Origin: Marsupella aquatica
Lineage: Eukaryota; Plantae; Marchantiophyta
Direction of reading: 5' to 3'
Length of the DNA: 64,000 bases
Assembly (NCBI GenBank): GCA_973895155.1
Contig: OZ316895.1
Coordinates: forward strand, 12,035,929 to 12,099,928
Shown: positions 1 through 11,168 of the stretch, piece after piece
How positions within the stretch are numbered: position 1 is the first letter of the stretch
Layout of the letters: every line of letters begins with the position of its first letter
Program-made: the position numbers and the translations under genes
Notes under the pieces: generated by a model
Databases searched by the model: none
What the model was told of the DNA's origin: nothing
The model's input: only the letters and a program-made list of their open reading frames with translations

Positions 1-120
1 AGTTAGGGACTAGAGTGGTTACTCTAGAAGATAGAAATAACTTTTGATCGGCGCTTTATCAATTATATTTATTTCTTGCTTTGTTGTAGATTTCTGGTTT
101 TTGTATTTGAACCAATTGAG

Positions 121-265
121 TATTGCTCTTAGTCTTGTGACTCTAAAGTTAACCATGGTTAGACTAACTCAGGTTAGAATTTAGCTAAGGTTAGCAGTGA
201 TACATGCTATATATAACCAGGGCTGATGCCAGCCCCTGGTGGATCTTCAGTTCATTGTGGGAGTA
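121..265 (+). mobile_element. Degenerate fragment of a copia-like LTR (same family as 62192-62536)
   Basis: TATTGCTCTTAGTCTTGTGACTC...TTAGCTAAGGTTAGCAGT...CCAGGGCTGATGCCAGCCCCTGGTGGATCTT aligns colinearly with ~62199-62345. No intact termini or TSD found. Confidence 0.6.
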
Positions 266-462
266 AAACACTTAAGATCTATGAGATATTGTCACTAATT
301 TTAGAACATTAATTAATAAACCCAAGGCACAGTTTTGTTTATGTTAATTGATTTGGGCATTGGGTGACACTATATTGGACCACTAAATTGCCCTGGGCAC
401 TCCATTTGAGTTGAGAAGACTACTTTCTCCAGATCAATTGAGAAAGCTTTTCTCAACAAGGA

Positions 463-785
463 CTCGGGGGTCTCACTATATGGGGACCTCCCCATCACCT
501 ACGACGGTTTTAGGCCTCAGACCCCCTAAAATATAAGAATTTTTAAATATATTTTTAACCCCTATAAAGTTGGAATATTCTTAGACCCTAAACCCTAAAC
601 AACCCTTAGAATATTCCAAAAATTGGATTGAAAAGACCCTAATGTTCTTATAAATCTCAAAATTAAATTTAAAAGACTCTATTGTTCTTCTACAAAAATT
701 CTTAAGTCTTCCCTTAGAACCAATAAAATGACCCTATCTTTCGTCACACGTGATATGTCATTTTTGTGGAAGTGGAACCCCCGAG
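463..785 (+). mobile_element. hAT-type MITE, family A, copy 1
   Basis: TIRs CTCGGGGG...CCCCCGAG; perfect 8-bp TSD AACAAGGA (455-462 and 786-793); AT-rich non-coding interior shared with four other copies in the window. Confidence 0.92.
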
Positions 786-3300
786 AACAAGGAACCCTAA
801 GCTTTCTAGTAGCTGAGTCCTCTTTGTAGAATATTTGTTGCCCAATTTGTCAATGTACTTTCAAATAACTGGAAATTCTGGAGATTTCACTAAAGTCTGA
901 CTTTGGCAAGTTTTGAGTTAGAGGCTAATAGCCTCGATCATGACCTTGATGCAACTATTCACCAAATGGAGAAGGGCAACACTTAAGCTTTCAGAAGAGA
1001 GAAGTCTGATTAATTAGGAAGGGAAGCTGGTAGCCATGCTATGCTGGACAAATATGATAGATTTTACAGCTTGCATAGTTTAGATTAGATTTTCTCACAA
1101 AATCATTGTGGACCCATTCAACCATGGCCTGAGCAATTTGACATTTTTTTAACTGTCACAGGAATGTTTTGCTTTCCAGGCCAAAGTCGACAGCATGGTT
1201 ATCACAAGCACTTGTCAGAATCAGGTTTTTTTGCTACATGCAACCAAATTCTCAAGCTAAGAGAGTCAATAGTCAATCCGCGGCAAGTCCATTTGAAACC
1301 AGATCAATGTCAGTTTGATCACATGAATTGTATCAATTCATTGAGTTCAAGTTCCAACCACGGGTCCGACCATAACTGGCAGTTTGCCTGAAGTGCAAAA
1401 GGCTGAAAATCTGACTCCATGTGCCAATTACCCTTTAACAAGGAAGTTATCAAGTTAGTTATTAGTCATTGTTTATTATATAATAATACTTTTTAAATCT
1501 TTGAATGTAGTTTTTAAAACTGGATATGTAACTAAAATAGTTACATAGTGACAGTTTTACCCGTCTTGCTCTTTGCATTTCTAAATTTTTATATTTCCTT
1601 TTACGGCGTGGCGTCCCAAAATTTACACCCAAGTTGACGCAAACATGAATGAACACTCTAAATTTGATTAACAAAACCAACAAGTCTTGTTTGTTGTGGT
1701 TGTTGTTGATGTGACACACTCTGGTGCCAGAAATTTTAGAAGGGACCTCTCATGAGGTCAATAAATAATCATACCTACATTCTAAGTGCTCATAAAAATG
1801 GTCATGTTTACTTTTGGATGGCATATTTACATTACATATAAAAGTAAATAAGAGCTCCTTATCCATCACAAAGTTTATTCTCAAATCACTTGACATTGCT
1901 TGCACAGGAAAACATGTATGGGGAAATAATGAACGGAGAATAGCATAAAATATTTATTTTTTCAAGAGGATTTTTTTTTTTGTCTTCATGGGTGTTTGAC
2001 AGGTAATAGTCTTGTGAACACGTAATTGGTGTTCAGGATGGAGTTGATACGTGCCTGCTACCAAAAAAGTGTTCAATTAGTGGTAAAAGGTGATTTACCA
2101 CTAACAACCAAAACTATGTCTGTTATGGAGTTTTAAATTACATGGATGTTGCTGATAGACGAGGTATTCTATGATGTGAGCAAACAGGAATTTGTTAGCG
2201 AGACACTTGTGATTTTAAATTTCTTTTGCTTGTTGCTACTTTTCTATTTTTTTTGTGTTTTTTTGACTCCAGATGGCTAGCTAGATAGCTAGCAAAAAGA
2301 GGAGTCCCCAAAATGGATGTTATCAACAAGGTTCTTGTTAGCGAGGCAATTATGGGTCATGTGAGGAAAATTTTTGTTTATGCGAGTAAAATTTCTGCTC
2401 TTTCGTCGCACTCTACAATGACCCCTACGTGAAAACTGGTGCCAAGGATTCCACATCTGTGCACAGCAAAGAAGATGTGGGCAATATGTGATCCATTCGA
2501 ACAAGATTTCGCTCGGCACCGTCGAAGATCGACAGGATCGGTGGTGATATAGTGCAACAGAATCAGAGAACGATCTTGCAATGTGAGTTTGATCAATGGC
2601 TTCAATTGTGTCTTTCACTAACAACGGGTGCATCTTACCTGAAGTTGTGGATGCTTGCAGTGGATGTCATTTATTGCCCCAGCTCGAATTGTTTCAGTTG
2701 AGGTTTAGAAATCAATCATACATGGGAACTATTTAAGTCATCATTCCCCTCGATTGAACCTGTTCAAGTACTATTTATCGATCCGTTGCTTACAATTTTC
2801 CATATGCAGTAGGTAAGCGAGGACATTTCAATCAATCTGGGTGATGTGAAGCCTTCTCCATGATTATGCTCACTTCTCAATCGGTACATCACACGAGAGT
2901 CGTCACCTTTTACTACTAACAGGCAGAAAATCTCACCACGGTCGAACTATGATCATGGCAGGTGAGCGCACAACATCTTGACCAGATCCCCGACAACGAA
3001 CTTTTACACTGGCTAGAGCTGAATCAGTACCGTACTGATTACATATTGCTACAGTCCTATTTCGCGACTACTCGACGTGGGACCCGAACGACGTCCGATC
3101 AGAACAGAGAGCCGCATTGGGAACGATCTCAATTCTCAATACAGTAAGGGATTCATTGTGTTCTCCTGCTGATAATGTAAGGAGGACGTGAAGCTTGTAA
3201 ACATGGAATTAATATTGAAGCAAACCGTCGTCATTCCTCGCCCTTCAGGTGAGATCCTGGACACAGAGTTCGATCATAAACTGTGCTATGTAGCTTCCCA

Positions 3301-3969
3301 TCAGGCCAGGCTACGTTGCCTCCTCTGCCATGTTGCCAGGAGTTCGTCTGCAGAAGGAAGGGTAGAGGACACGCTGGGGTGCACCTTGACGGCCTCGAGC
3401 CACTTATGGAGTCGAGGCAGCTCCTCGGGGCCTGGAACCACAATTCCGTTCAGTTCCTTCATGACCACCAGGGCATTGCAGAGTGGAGCAAGGACCACAT
3501 CGAGAAGTCCGAATTTGCTTCCAGCAAACAGGGGACCATCTGGAGAGAAAGTGGTTATGCCTTTGTCCAACGTCTTCAAAGTTGTCAGGACTGCTTCATT
3601 GGCGGCTTGCCTCTCTGGAGTCCCCGGTTTCGTCATATAGCTGGCATTCCATGTGGATTGTGCCTTGTCAATGTAATCGACCCAGAATCTGACCTTGGAT
3701 TTCTCGTACGCATCTTTGGGCGTCAGTGGATGCTCCGGAAAGGCATCTTCGAGGTATTCCAGAATGACAAGGGATTCTGCTACAGGCCTACCATTGTGGA
3801 GGATCGTCGGCACTTTGTTGTGGATGGGGTTGGCTTCCAGTAGCGCCTGAGGTTTGTTGCTGAAGTCCACTAAGGTAATCTGGAAAGGGATCTTCTTTTC
3901 TGTCAACGCAATTTGCACGCGCTGTCCGTATGGACTGCGCCTGGTTGTAAAGAGCTCCACTTCTGCCAT
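3301..3969 (-). CDS. GSTU: Glutathione S-transferase, tau-class-like, 222 aa, intronless
   Basis: N-terminal RSPYGQRV (putative catalytic Ser), ANPIHNKVPTILHNGRPVAESLVILEYLEDAFP (GST-N/SNAIL region of tau type), LTPKDAYEKSKVRFWVDYID and FGLLDVVL (N-capping box) in GST-C; single ORF from ATG to stop. Confidence 0.92.
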   Translation of the reverse strand: MAEVELFTTRRSPYGQRVQIALTEKKIPFQITLVDFSNKPQALLEANPIHNKVPTILHNGRPVAESLVILEYLEDAFPEHPLTPKDAYEKSKVRFWVDYIDKAQSTWNASYMTKPGTPERQAANEAVLTTLKTLDKGITTFSPDGPLFAGSKFGLLDVVLAPLCNALVVMKELNGIVVPGPEELPRLHKWLEAVKVHPSVSSTLPSADELLATWQRRQRSLA

Positions 3970-5070
3970 CGTGAAACGCTCTGCTGCTTTTTCAATTCCT
4001 TCGAAAGATCGTCAAAATATCAGGAGATCGCTGGAATAGAAGACACCAGGGACTACCAATTGCTGTCAAACAGTCCCGCAAACAGTGCTTTCAGCTTCAA
4101 GTCTTACCCGGTAAGGTAACTGAAATCTCGTCTCGCTAACTGTGACTTGATTAGGTGCCTGGACAGAACTAGAGTACGAAAAGCAAGCAAAAGAAGGCGA
4201 GAGATGGGAAGCCACACATCACAATTTAACCTACCTCAATCGAAATCCTGGGCTGTAGCTCGAGCACGTTAATCACTGCACAGCTCGATCCGCGTATCAG
4301 CTTTTCTGACTGTCGCCTCCGGCAACAGATCTAATTCGATGTAGCCTTGAATGAGTGCGACGATAAACTGAGCATGTTGTGCATTGGTGGCTAATAGGAG
4401 ACTTCCATGGCCCGATTACTTCTCATATAACGAACAGACTATCACTGTGGGACCCAGGTTCGCATGTTTTCCTTTGGCATTGCCTTGCGAAATAGCAAGA
4501 GCAATTTCGCATGTGGGTTCCGTGTTTCAAAGGGCTACTCTCAGGCTTGAGCTGCACTTTTCTCTCATTCACTACTTTTACACCAGCCTCCATCCAGATT
4601 CCGACACCTACAAGTCGATCAGACAGACGCAGCATTCGGACCTGTTTCCTATTCAGTGGACCACCTAGTTAAACAATGAGTCAAACATCCGCCATCCTTT
4701 ACTTCAACATCGAAGTCACCGAAGATGTATTAGAACCATATGACAGAAGATATCAGCTCGATCCGCCGGCGGTTTCCAGAGTTTCCAAATGTCTACAGTC
4801 GAGCAGTTTTGTTAGATTGTTCCAGAGTGCTCGATCAGCACAGGTCGATCACTCCGTAGTCCATAGACTGCTGTAGTTAGATCTCAAATCGGAGCTCCCA
4901 ATATCATAGCCAATTAATGGATCGGTCCTCTTGCAGATATGCGATCGCCTTGGCACCGGATGGCTTTGGAGCCGAGCTTCGAATTGCCGTTAGAACGTTG
5001 ACTACTGTATATGATGCAAAAATTATTGTAGCCTTGTGAACCTTTCAACATTCGAATCAGGCGTAAGCTT

Positions 5071-5144
5071 TGAATGATTGACCTCATTCAGTGTATCACC
5101 CTTTGCTAGCTTGAATAATTGACCTCATTCTGTGTATCACCCTT
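5071..5144 (+). repeat. Tandem duplication of ~40 bp
   Basis: TGAAT(G/A)ATTGACCTCATTC(A/T)GTGTATCACCCTT occurs twice, adjacent. Confidence 0.7.
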
Positions 5145-6569
5145 CACTTGCAAGCTTCTGACTGAACATGATTGTCTGTCTACCCTGCCCATTCTCTTCA
5201 TTGTGGAGTATAGAGCATTAAACCTGTTGGTTACTACTAACCATTTGACATCCATGTGCCACTTGTACAAGAGATTGTGCCATTACTCATCACACTACCC
5301 TAATACCTCTTCCCCCCCCCCCCCCTTTTCGTCTTTCTTCATCACACTGTGCTCATTTTCCTCTTCTTTATTGATCTTCTTTGCTGTTTGGTGTTATTCT
5401 GCTCTGGGCCTCTTTTGTTTTAACTTCTGTATTTGGTTGGGGCCTTTTTTGTAAATCATGACCATTTTTGTTTGACATACTTGGGCCTTTTGGGACATGT
5501 CTAGGTCTACCCTTAACCCTAAAATTGGGTTCCCATTGCATCTCTTAAATTTTGGACTGATATTTCAGTCTCTTGAGGTTGACTATACGTTCCATTTGAA
5601 TCGCCTGACTCCCATGTTTCTAATGTGAGTTGATGCCCTGAGACACTCCAATATTATGGACACAAATGACTCAAAATAATGTACCAGTCAAGTTTTCATA
5701 CCCAAGAATATATGGGTGAGAATGCAAGTCATAACTAAGGTAGATGGGATCTCCAACCAATTCTTCTTTAAGTTAGAATGGGCTACCAATTTGCTTGTAT
5801 GAAGTTAAAGCTTTTTATCCTAAATACATCCCATTCGGAATAAGTTCAAATGTCTATAAATGCTATGCAAGCTTGAGAATCCCATGTTTCAAAATCCAGG
5901 TTTCTTTCTTTGCCTCAAAAGATAATTTGTTTGCACAAATAAGACTCAGGCTCTAAACGGCTGCAAGGCCAGACAATCAGAAACCTACCACCCTTAAGGT
6001 ATCCCAATAGGGTCCACCAAGAGCCAACATCATCACACAACATAGATAAGGCGCCTGGAGCCAAAAGAAGCTACTGTACCAGTCCTTGACAAAATAATCT
6101 AATTGAAAGTACCAAAATGATTTTCCAGTTAACTTTGGTGTTCACACTCATCCCAGTTCATAGTTGGAGCATTATCTAAACACGAAAATTTACAATCATT
6201 ATCTTTGTTTCTCATGGTCTTGTTTTTTTGGAATAAAAAGCTTTATAGCAAGCAAGGGCAGAACCTACCGCCAAAGGAACACGAACCCAGACCAAATGCC
6301 GAGTACCCAGGGCCGACCCCAAGGCAACCTCAGGGGGGAAGCCTAGTCAGGGCAGCCTGCCCTAAACAACCACTAAAACATCGATCCACAAAAGTCTTGC
6401 CCGGATTCAGCTGGCTGATAAGCCAGGTCTCAAGTCTTTCACTAAATTTCTATTCTGATTACTGCTAACTAAGGGAGATGTACAACAGACTGCATTCCCA
6501 TCCCACTAAGTGTTTATCATCCTTCATAATTATCTATCACTTTGATTTAAGCTTCTTGGGACCTCACTG

Positions 6570-6798
6570 TTGGCCCATGGCCGCAGGACAAAATCTAATT
6601 CGTTCAGTGTTCTAGTTAGTTGTCTCAACTTTCTAAGAGTCTCCATGTGCGGCACTGTCTTTGGAATGAGCGAATTCTGAAATTTACGAACTCCCATCTC
6701 GTGAAGGTGATGCTTTGCTCCTGCAAGACTCTTAGAAAGTTGAGACAACTAAATAGAACAGTGAAGGAATTAGATTTTGTCCTGCGGCCATGGGCCAA
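6570..6798 (+). ncRNA. Candidate MIRNA / hairpin-RNA precursor (229-nt foldback)
   Basis: 73-bp arms 6570-6642 and 6726-6798 pair with 3 mismatches (6602, 6607, 6615). The inner region keeps pairing largely through G:U wobbles on the + strand. No TSD, single copy in the window. Confidence 0.5.
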
Positions 6799-8177
6799 GA
6801 TGCGTTTCGTGAAGCATAGTGGCAACATGAATATATGAGAGGGAGAAGTCTGTGTTAGATGACAGGTAAACTCCAGGGTGAGAATTGGATTAGTACCCAG
6901 GTAAACCCCAAGATACATGGCAGGGGCTTAGCTTACTTTGTATACCTGAAAAAGTGGATGCACAGGTACTGTAGGTTGCAAACACACAGACAAAAAAACC
7001 CTTGACCCCTGGGAAATCACTTAGTAAGTGTACATCATTCAGTATACGTGTTTCATTATAATTTTTAATTAGCTCTACTATATAATTGGTGAATGTGAAA
7101 AAGGGAGAAGTCTTGGACCTGGCTCATTATGATCTTGATTTTACATTCATTTGACCAAAATTATAACACTTTAGTAACAATTAACATCCAACTAAATGAC
7201 AGAAAATTTGCACCTGCAAACATAGATGCACCATTGGAATGACAACATTCCCTGGCCTCAGTGGCAATTCTTTGTCTCTCCTCAACCCAGTAGAGTATAA
7301 TTGTTGGATACACAAGAGCTTGGTCGCACAACATTCCTCACTTACAACTGTTTTTTCACTTCTACATTTTCATGTCATTGAGGGTATTGTCGCACCAATA
7401 TCAACATGGCAGCCACAATGGCATGCCTTGGCCACAACCACCATATGACTGCAATGACAACATGGCCCTTAAAGCGCCACTCTACAGGACAAAAAGTGAA
7501 TTCGCACCATATTTAGTACCTTTTTTCTGAAATTGTGAAGCAAAGTATCACCTAGGTAGAGATATGGAATGTGAAAAAATGAGAAATCTTGGACATCTCT
7601 CCTTTTACATGGCCAGTGTGGTTCAAGACAACCACAATTGTGAGAAAAATGGTTTAAAAACTAAACGTAGCCTCGCTGACCTCATTGCTTCCTAGCTTAC
7701 ATACCTCGAAAGCAAGAACGCAAAAAGGCTGGGACGAAAATACAACAACCTCGTAGGATGGGTCTACGTGAGCAGTACACAGCCTACCCAGAGAACTGGA
7801 CTGGTCAGATCTGCTGCATGCGTCGAATTCGGGTCCAGACTGCAGAATTGTTCAAGACTGCGGCCTTTGATGCCGTAGTGTCCCACAGTGTGACTACCAT
7901 TGTTTGATCAGCTGACTGATCGAGGAAACTCCAGCAGAAAGACGCGGAAATGCACCAGACGGTGCGCATGCCAAAACATGCCTATTTAAGTCAAGTTCCT
8001 TGCCTAGCTTGTGAAAGAGCGGCTCCAATTGCCTACTGAACGGGTTGCAGTAGGCTTACCAGACCGAGTAGAACAAGTCCTCCATCGACGCGTTTCCTTT
8101 GGTCAAGCTCCTGGACCATCGATCGCCAGTGTTTTTTGAAATATTCCACCACGTTTCTAGATCAATGCTCGCTATTC

Positions 8178-8189
8178 ATATATATATAT
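8178..8189 (+). promoter_or_regulatory. (TA)n tract, possible TATA element upstream of the GDSL gene
   Basis: ATATATATATAT about 360 bp upstream of the GDSL ATG. Confidence 0.3.
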
Positions 8190-8540
8190 GAGCTTTGATT
8201 CCTACAATACATGTATTCTCCTCACTGTTACAGACTCTATTCGATTTGGGCTTAATTTCTTCGTGGGACGGGCAGTTCAATCTTCGATTCAGGTGCGATC
8301 CGACTCTGGACTATAATCCACAGTTGACTGATTAAGTCCGAATCTACGCAACTCAGATCCTCTGCAAGACGTTCGGATTCGCTTCCTCGTGCATTTCCAC
8401 AGACGAGTTCGGATATGCTTCAATCGTCTGAAAAACGTTTTGACAATTTCCTTGTTTTTATCTGCATCTCGACAACGATCTCAGTCTAAGGAGGAAGAGA
8501 TTACAGATTCAATTAATTAATTCAGTGGGAAGTCTCGATC

Positions 8541-9632
8541 ATGGAGAGAACTTTCCGCCAGGCATTGGTCCTGCTCTCCATTCTAATCGTTGGAATCTGT
8601 AATACAAATGTTGCTGTGGCTCGTCCTTGGACAAAAGTACGCGCAGTCTTCGCCTTTGGAGACTCTCTCGTAGACTCGGGGAACAACAATTATATCGACG
8701 GCTCCAGCACTCGAGCTGATTATCTGCCTTATGGGGAGGCGTTTTTCCACAGGGGTACTGGACGGTTCACGAATGGGCGTCATGCCTTTGACTTCATAGC
8801 ATCTCGTCTGGGTCTGCCTTTCATGCCACCATTTTTGAAACCGGGAGCGACATTTGAGCAAGGGGTCAATTTCGGATCCGGAGGGAGTGGAGTCCTCAGT
8901 ACCACAGGTTTCGGTGATGGCGTTAATTCGCTCACAACTCAGGTTGGCCAGTTTCAGCAAGTGGCGAAACAGCTGACGAGAGATTTAGGCGCGACACACG
9001 CTACCGATTTGATCCCCAACTCTTTGTTCGTTTTCGTCACTGGTAGCAACGACTTGTCGGCATATCTCAGCAATTCGACTCTACAACAAACTGTCAGTCC
9101 CACACAATTTGTGACGAGTATGTTGTCTGAGCTTCAAGGACATGCGCAGACAGTGTACTCATTGGGTGCTCGAAAAGTGGTGTTCTTCGGAATTCCACCT
9201 CTGGGCTGTGCTCCACGGGCCTTAGCTGCAACAAATGGAACCAACGGAAAATGCGTGGATGCACCGAACCAACTGGCCCAGGCCTACAATGGGGCGCTGC
9301 TGCAGCTCGTGGAGAGTTTGAATTCTACGCTGCCTAGCCTACATGCGGTGTTCGTCAGTCCCTTTGAGAGCGTTTATGCTCTCATCAACAATGGAACTGC
9401 AAAAGGTTTTACAGAAGGGTCCAATGCTTGCTGCGGCAACGGACCATTCAACGGTGCTGTGCGATGCCAACCCAACCACGCCTCAAATCTTTGCGACAAC
9501 GTTGACAACTTTGTATTCTGGGATGCTCTGCACCCAACAGAACGGGTACATCGAAGAATTGCCAAACTTATGTGGAATGGAGACAGCTCCTTCATTCAGC
9601 CCTTGAATTTGAAAACCCTGGTGCAACTCTAA
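8541..9632 (+). CDS. GDSL (SGNH) esterase/lipase, secreted, 363 aa, intronless
   Basis: Hydrophobic signal peptide; block I FAFGDSLVDSGNN, GRFTNG, block II GVNFGSGG, block III GSND, PPLGCAP, ACCG, and block V FWDALHPTE (Ser-Asp-His triad present). Confidence 0.95.
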   Translation: MERTFRQALVLLSILIVGICNTNVAVARPWTKVRAVFAFGDSLVDSGNNNYIDGSSTRADYLPYGEAFFHRGTGRFTNGRHAFDFIASRLGLPFMPPFLKPGATFEQGVNFGSGGSGVLSTTGFGDGVNSLTTQVGQFQQVAKQLTRDLGATHATDLIPNSLFVFVTGSNDLSAYLSNSTLQQTVSPTQFVTSMLSELQGHAQTVYSLGARKVVFFGIPPLGCAPRALAATNGTNGKCVDAPNQLAQAYNGALLQLVESLNSTLPSLHAVFVSPFESVYALINNGTAKGFTEGSNACCGNGPFNGAVRCQPNHASNLCDNVDNFVFWDALHPTERVHRRIAKLMWNGDSSFIQPLNLKTLVQL

Positions 9633-11168
9633 TTAAGTGCCGACAAATTACGTGACCCACGGTGTAGCGCTTGATTGAACGCGAGATTGAACGATTGCGA
9701 AATAATTGTCATTCAGAAATGTACGTGGTTCAAAAACTTAATGGATGAATCACACGGGGATCGATTCTTCCCTTAGAAAGCTACCATTAGTGTCAGGAGA
9801 CCAAATACATCATTTTCTCTTGAGTTTCTACTTTAGACTGTAGAATAGCACCACTTTCATCTGGAGCCATTTACTGCAATTCAGATTCTCGATCATTCAT
9901 GGAGCTGAACTCCCGCGTAAATATTCGAAAATCAATGTCGCTCTCGTGAAGCCTCTCGCTCTTATGGGTTCATACTACCGGTTCGATGGTCCAGTCAATG
10001 TTGATCATTCTCAAAATAGTCCACTTTTGTCCCTAACTACAATACCTGGCTACAGTCCGTGAATTTCTTCAATGGTTGTTTGAGATCGAGGACAGACAGC
10101 TCCGTCCCAATACTAGACCCATGGATACTCGACGTACATTGAATGAAATAAAGAAAGGAGAGTCAACAACTGGTAAAGTCCAGATTAAAATCCGAATTTT
10201 GCAGGCGAGAAACTTGTAGACGCAACCATCCTGCAACTGACGCGCAGTTGGAGAGCGAATACGTGTGGATAGCTGAGGAGTGGAGTACCTTCAAAATAAT
10301 ATGAAGAGGTGCCTGCCCCATGAATATGTTCTTTGAATGTACATTGGAAACATGCAATAGCCAGGTGTGTCACTTGTACCACATGAGACACGTCAAAAAC
10401 TTGTTTTAGGAGTATGGTGGCTTAGCAGGGGCACAATTGCAGTTAATGGCTCGAGATGACAAAGTGTACGTGCCTCACCTTGTCTTTGTCTCTGTTCGTG
10501 CTTGATTCTATCTCTGGATGAGGAGGATGGGTTACACAGGCTTTTGTTGGGCTATGTTTCTTTTCTTCTTCTATTGTCAAGGGGAACCGCTTTTCGGCAA
10601 GCTATTGCAGAAATTTACGAGGAAAATAAGCATACAATAAACGATGTACAGTAGATCTCTTGTCTTGCTTAATGGTGATATTTTGAAGTCATTCCACATG
10701 TCGAATCAAAGCTATGGGGTACTTGCATTTGGAATTGTGAACTTTTGGGTACCCCTGAATCATACTTCCACTAAAAAGTAAAGACTATTTCACTACAGAA
10801 TCTGTCGACTGTTAGATGCGCAGAGCTTGAACATAAGAGAGGGAAAAAACTTAGACATTGAATACGATTTTGAGTTCTCCCAAGTGCAGATTTCATAATG
10901 CCTCAAAAGAGGGCGATAGCCGAGTACATAGTGATTCGGGGATGGACCTTAGTCCTTATCACACTGTTGTCCTGTGGATGCCATGTGGCACTGATTAAAG
11001 ACAAAAACAGAGTGGCTTACAGTGAGCCCGATACTACTGTATGTAAATGTAGACTAACTGACACCTGGAACGGTTAGAAGATTTGACGAGCACCGAACAG
11101 AGGTAAACTTTCACAGATTCCAAATGGAAACTTGTACAGTAATGTTACTAGTGAGACCGAGACAATGA

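Noticed and set aside
114-458. Possible complete 345-bp solo LTR ending CAACA
   Set aside because: No TG start or TSD, and similarity to the 62192 LTR fades after ~265; reported only as a fragment.
3188-3843. ORFs of 150 and 186 aa on the + strand
   Set aside because: Antisense shadows of the GST CDS with non-ATG starts and no motifs.
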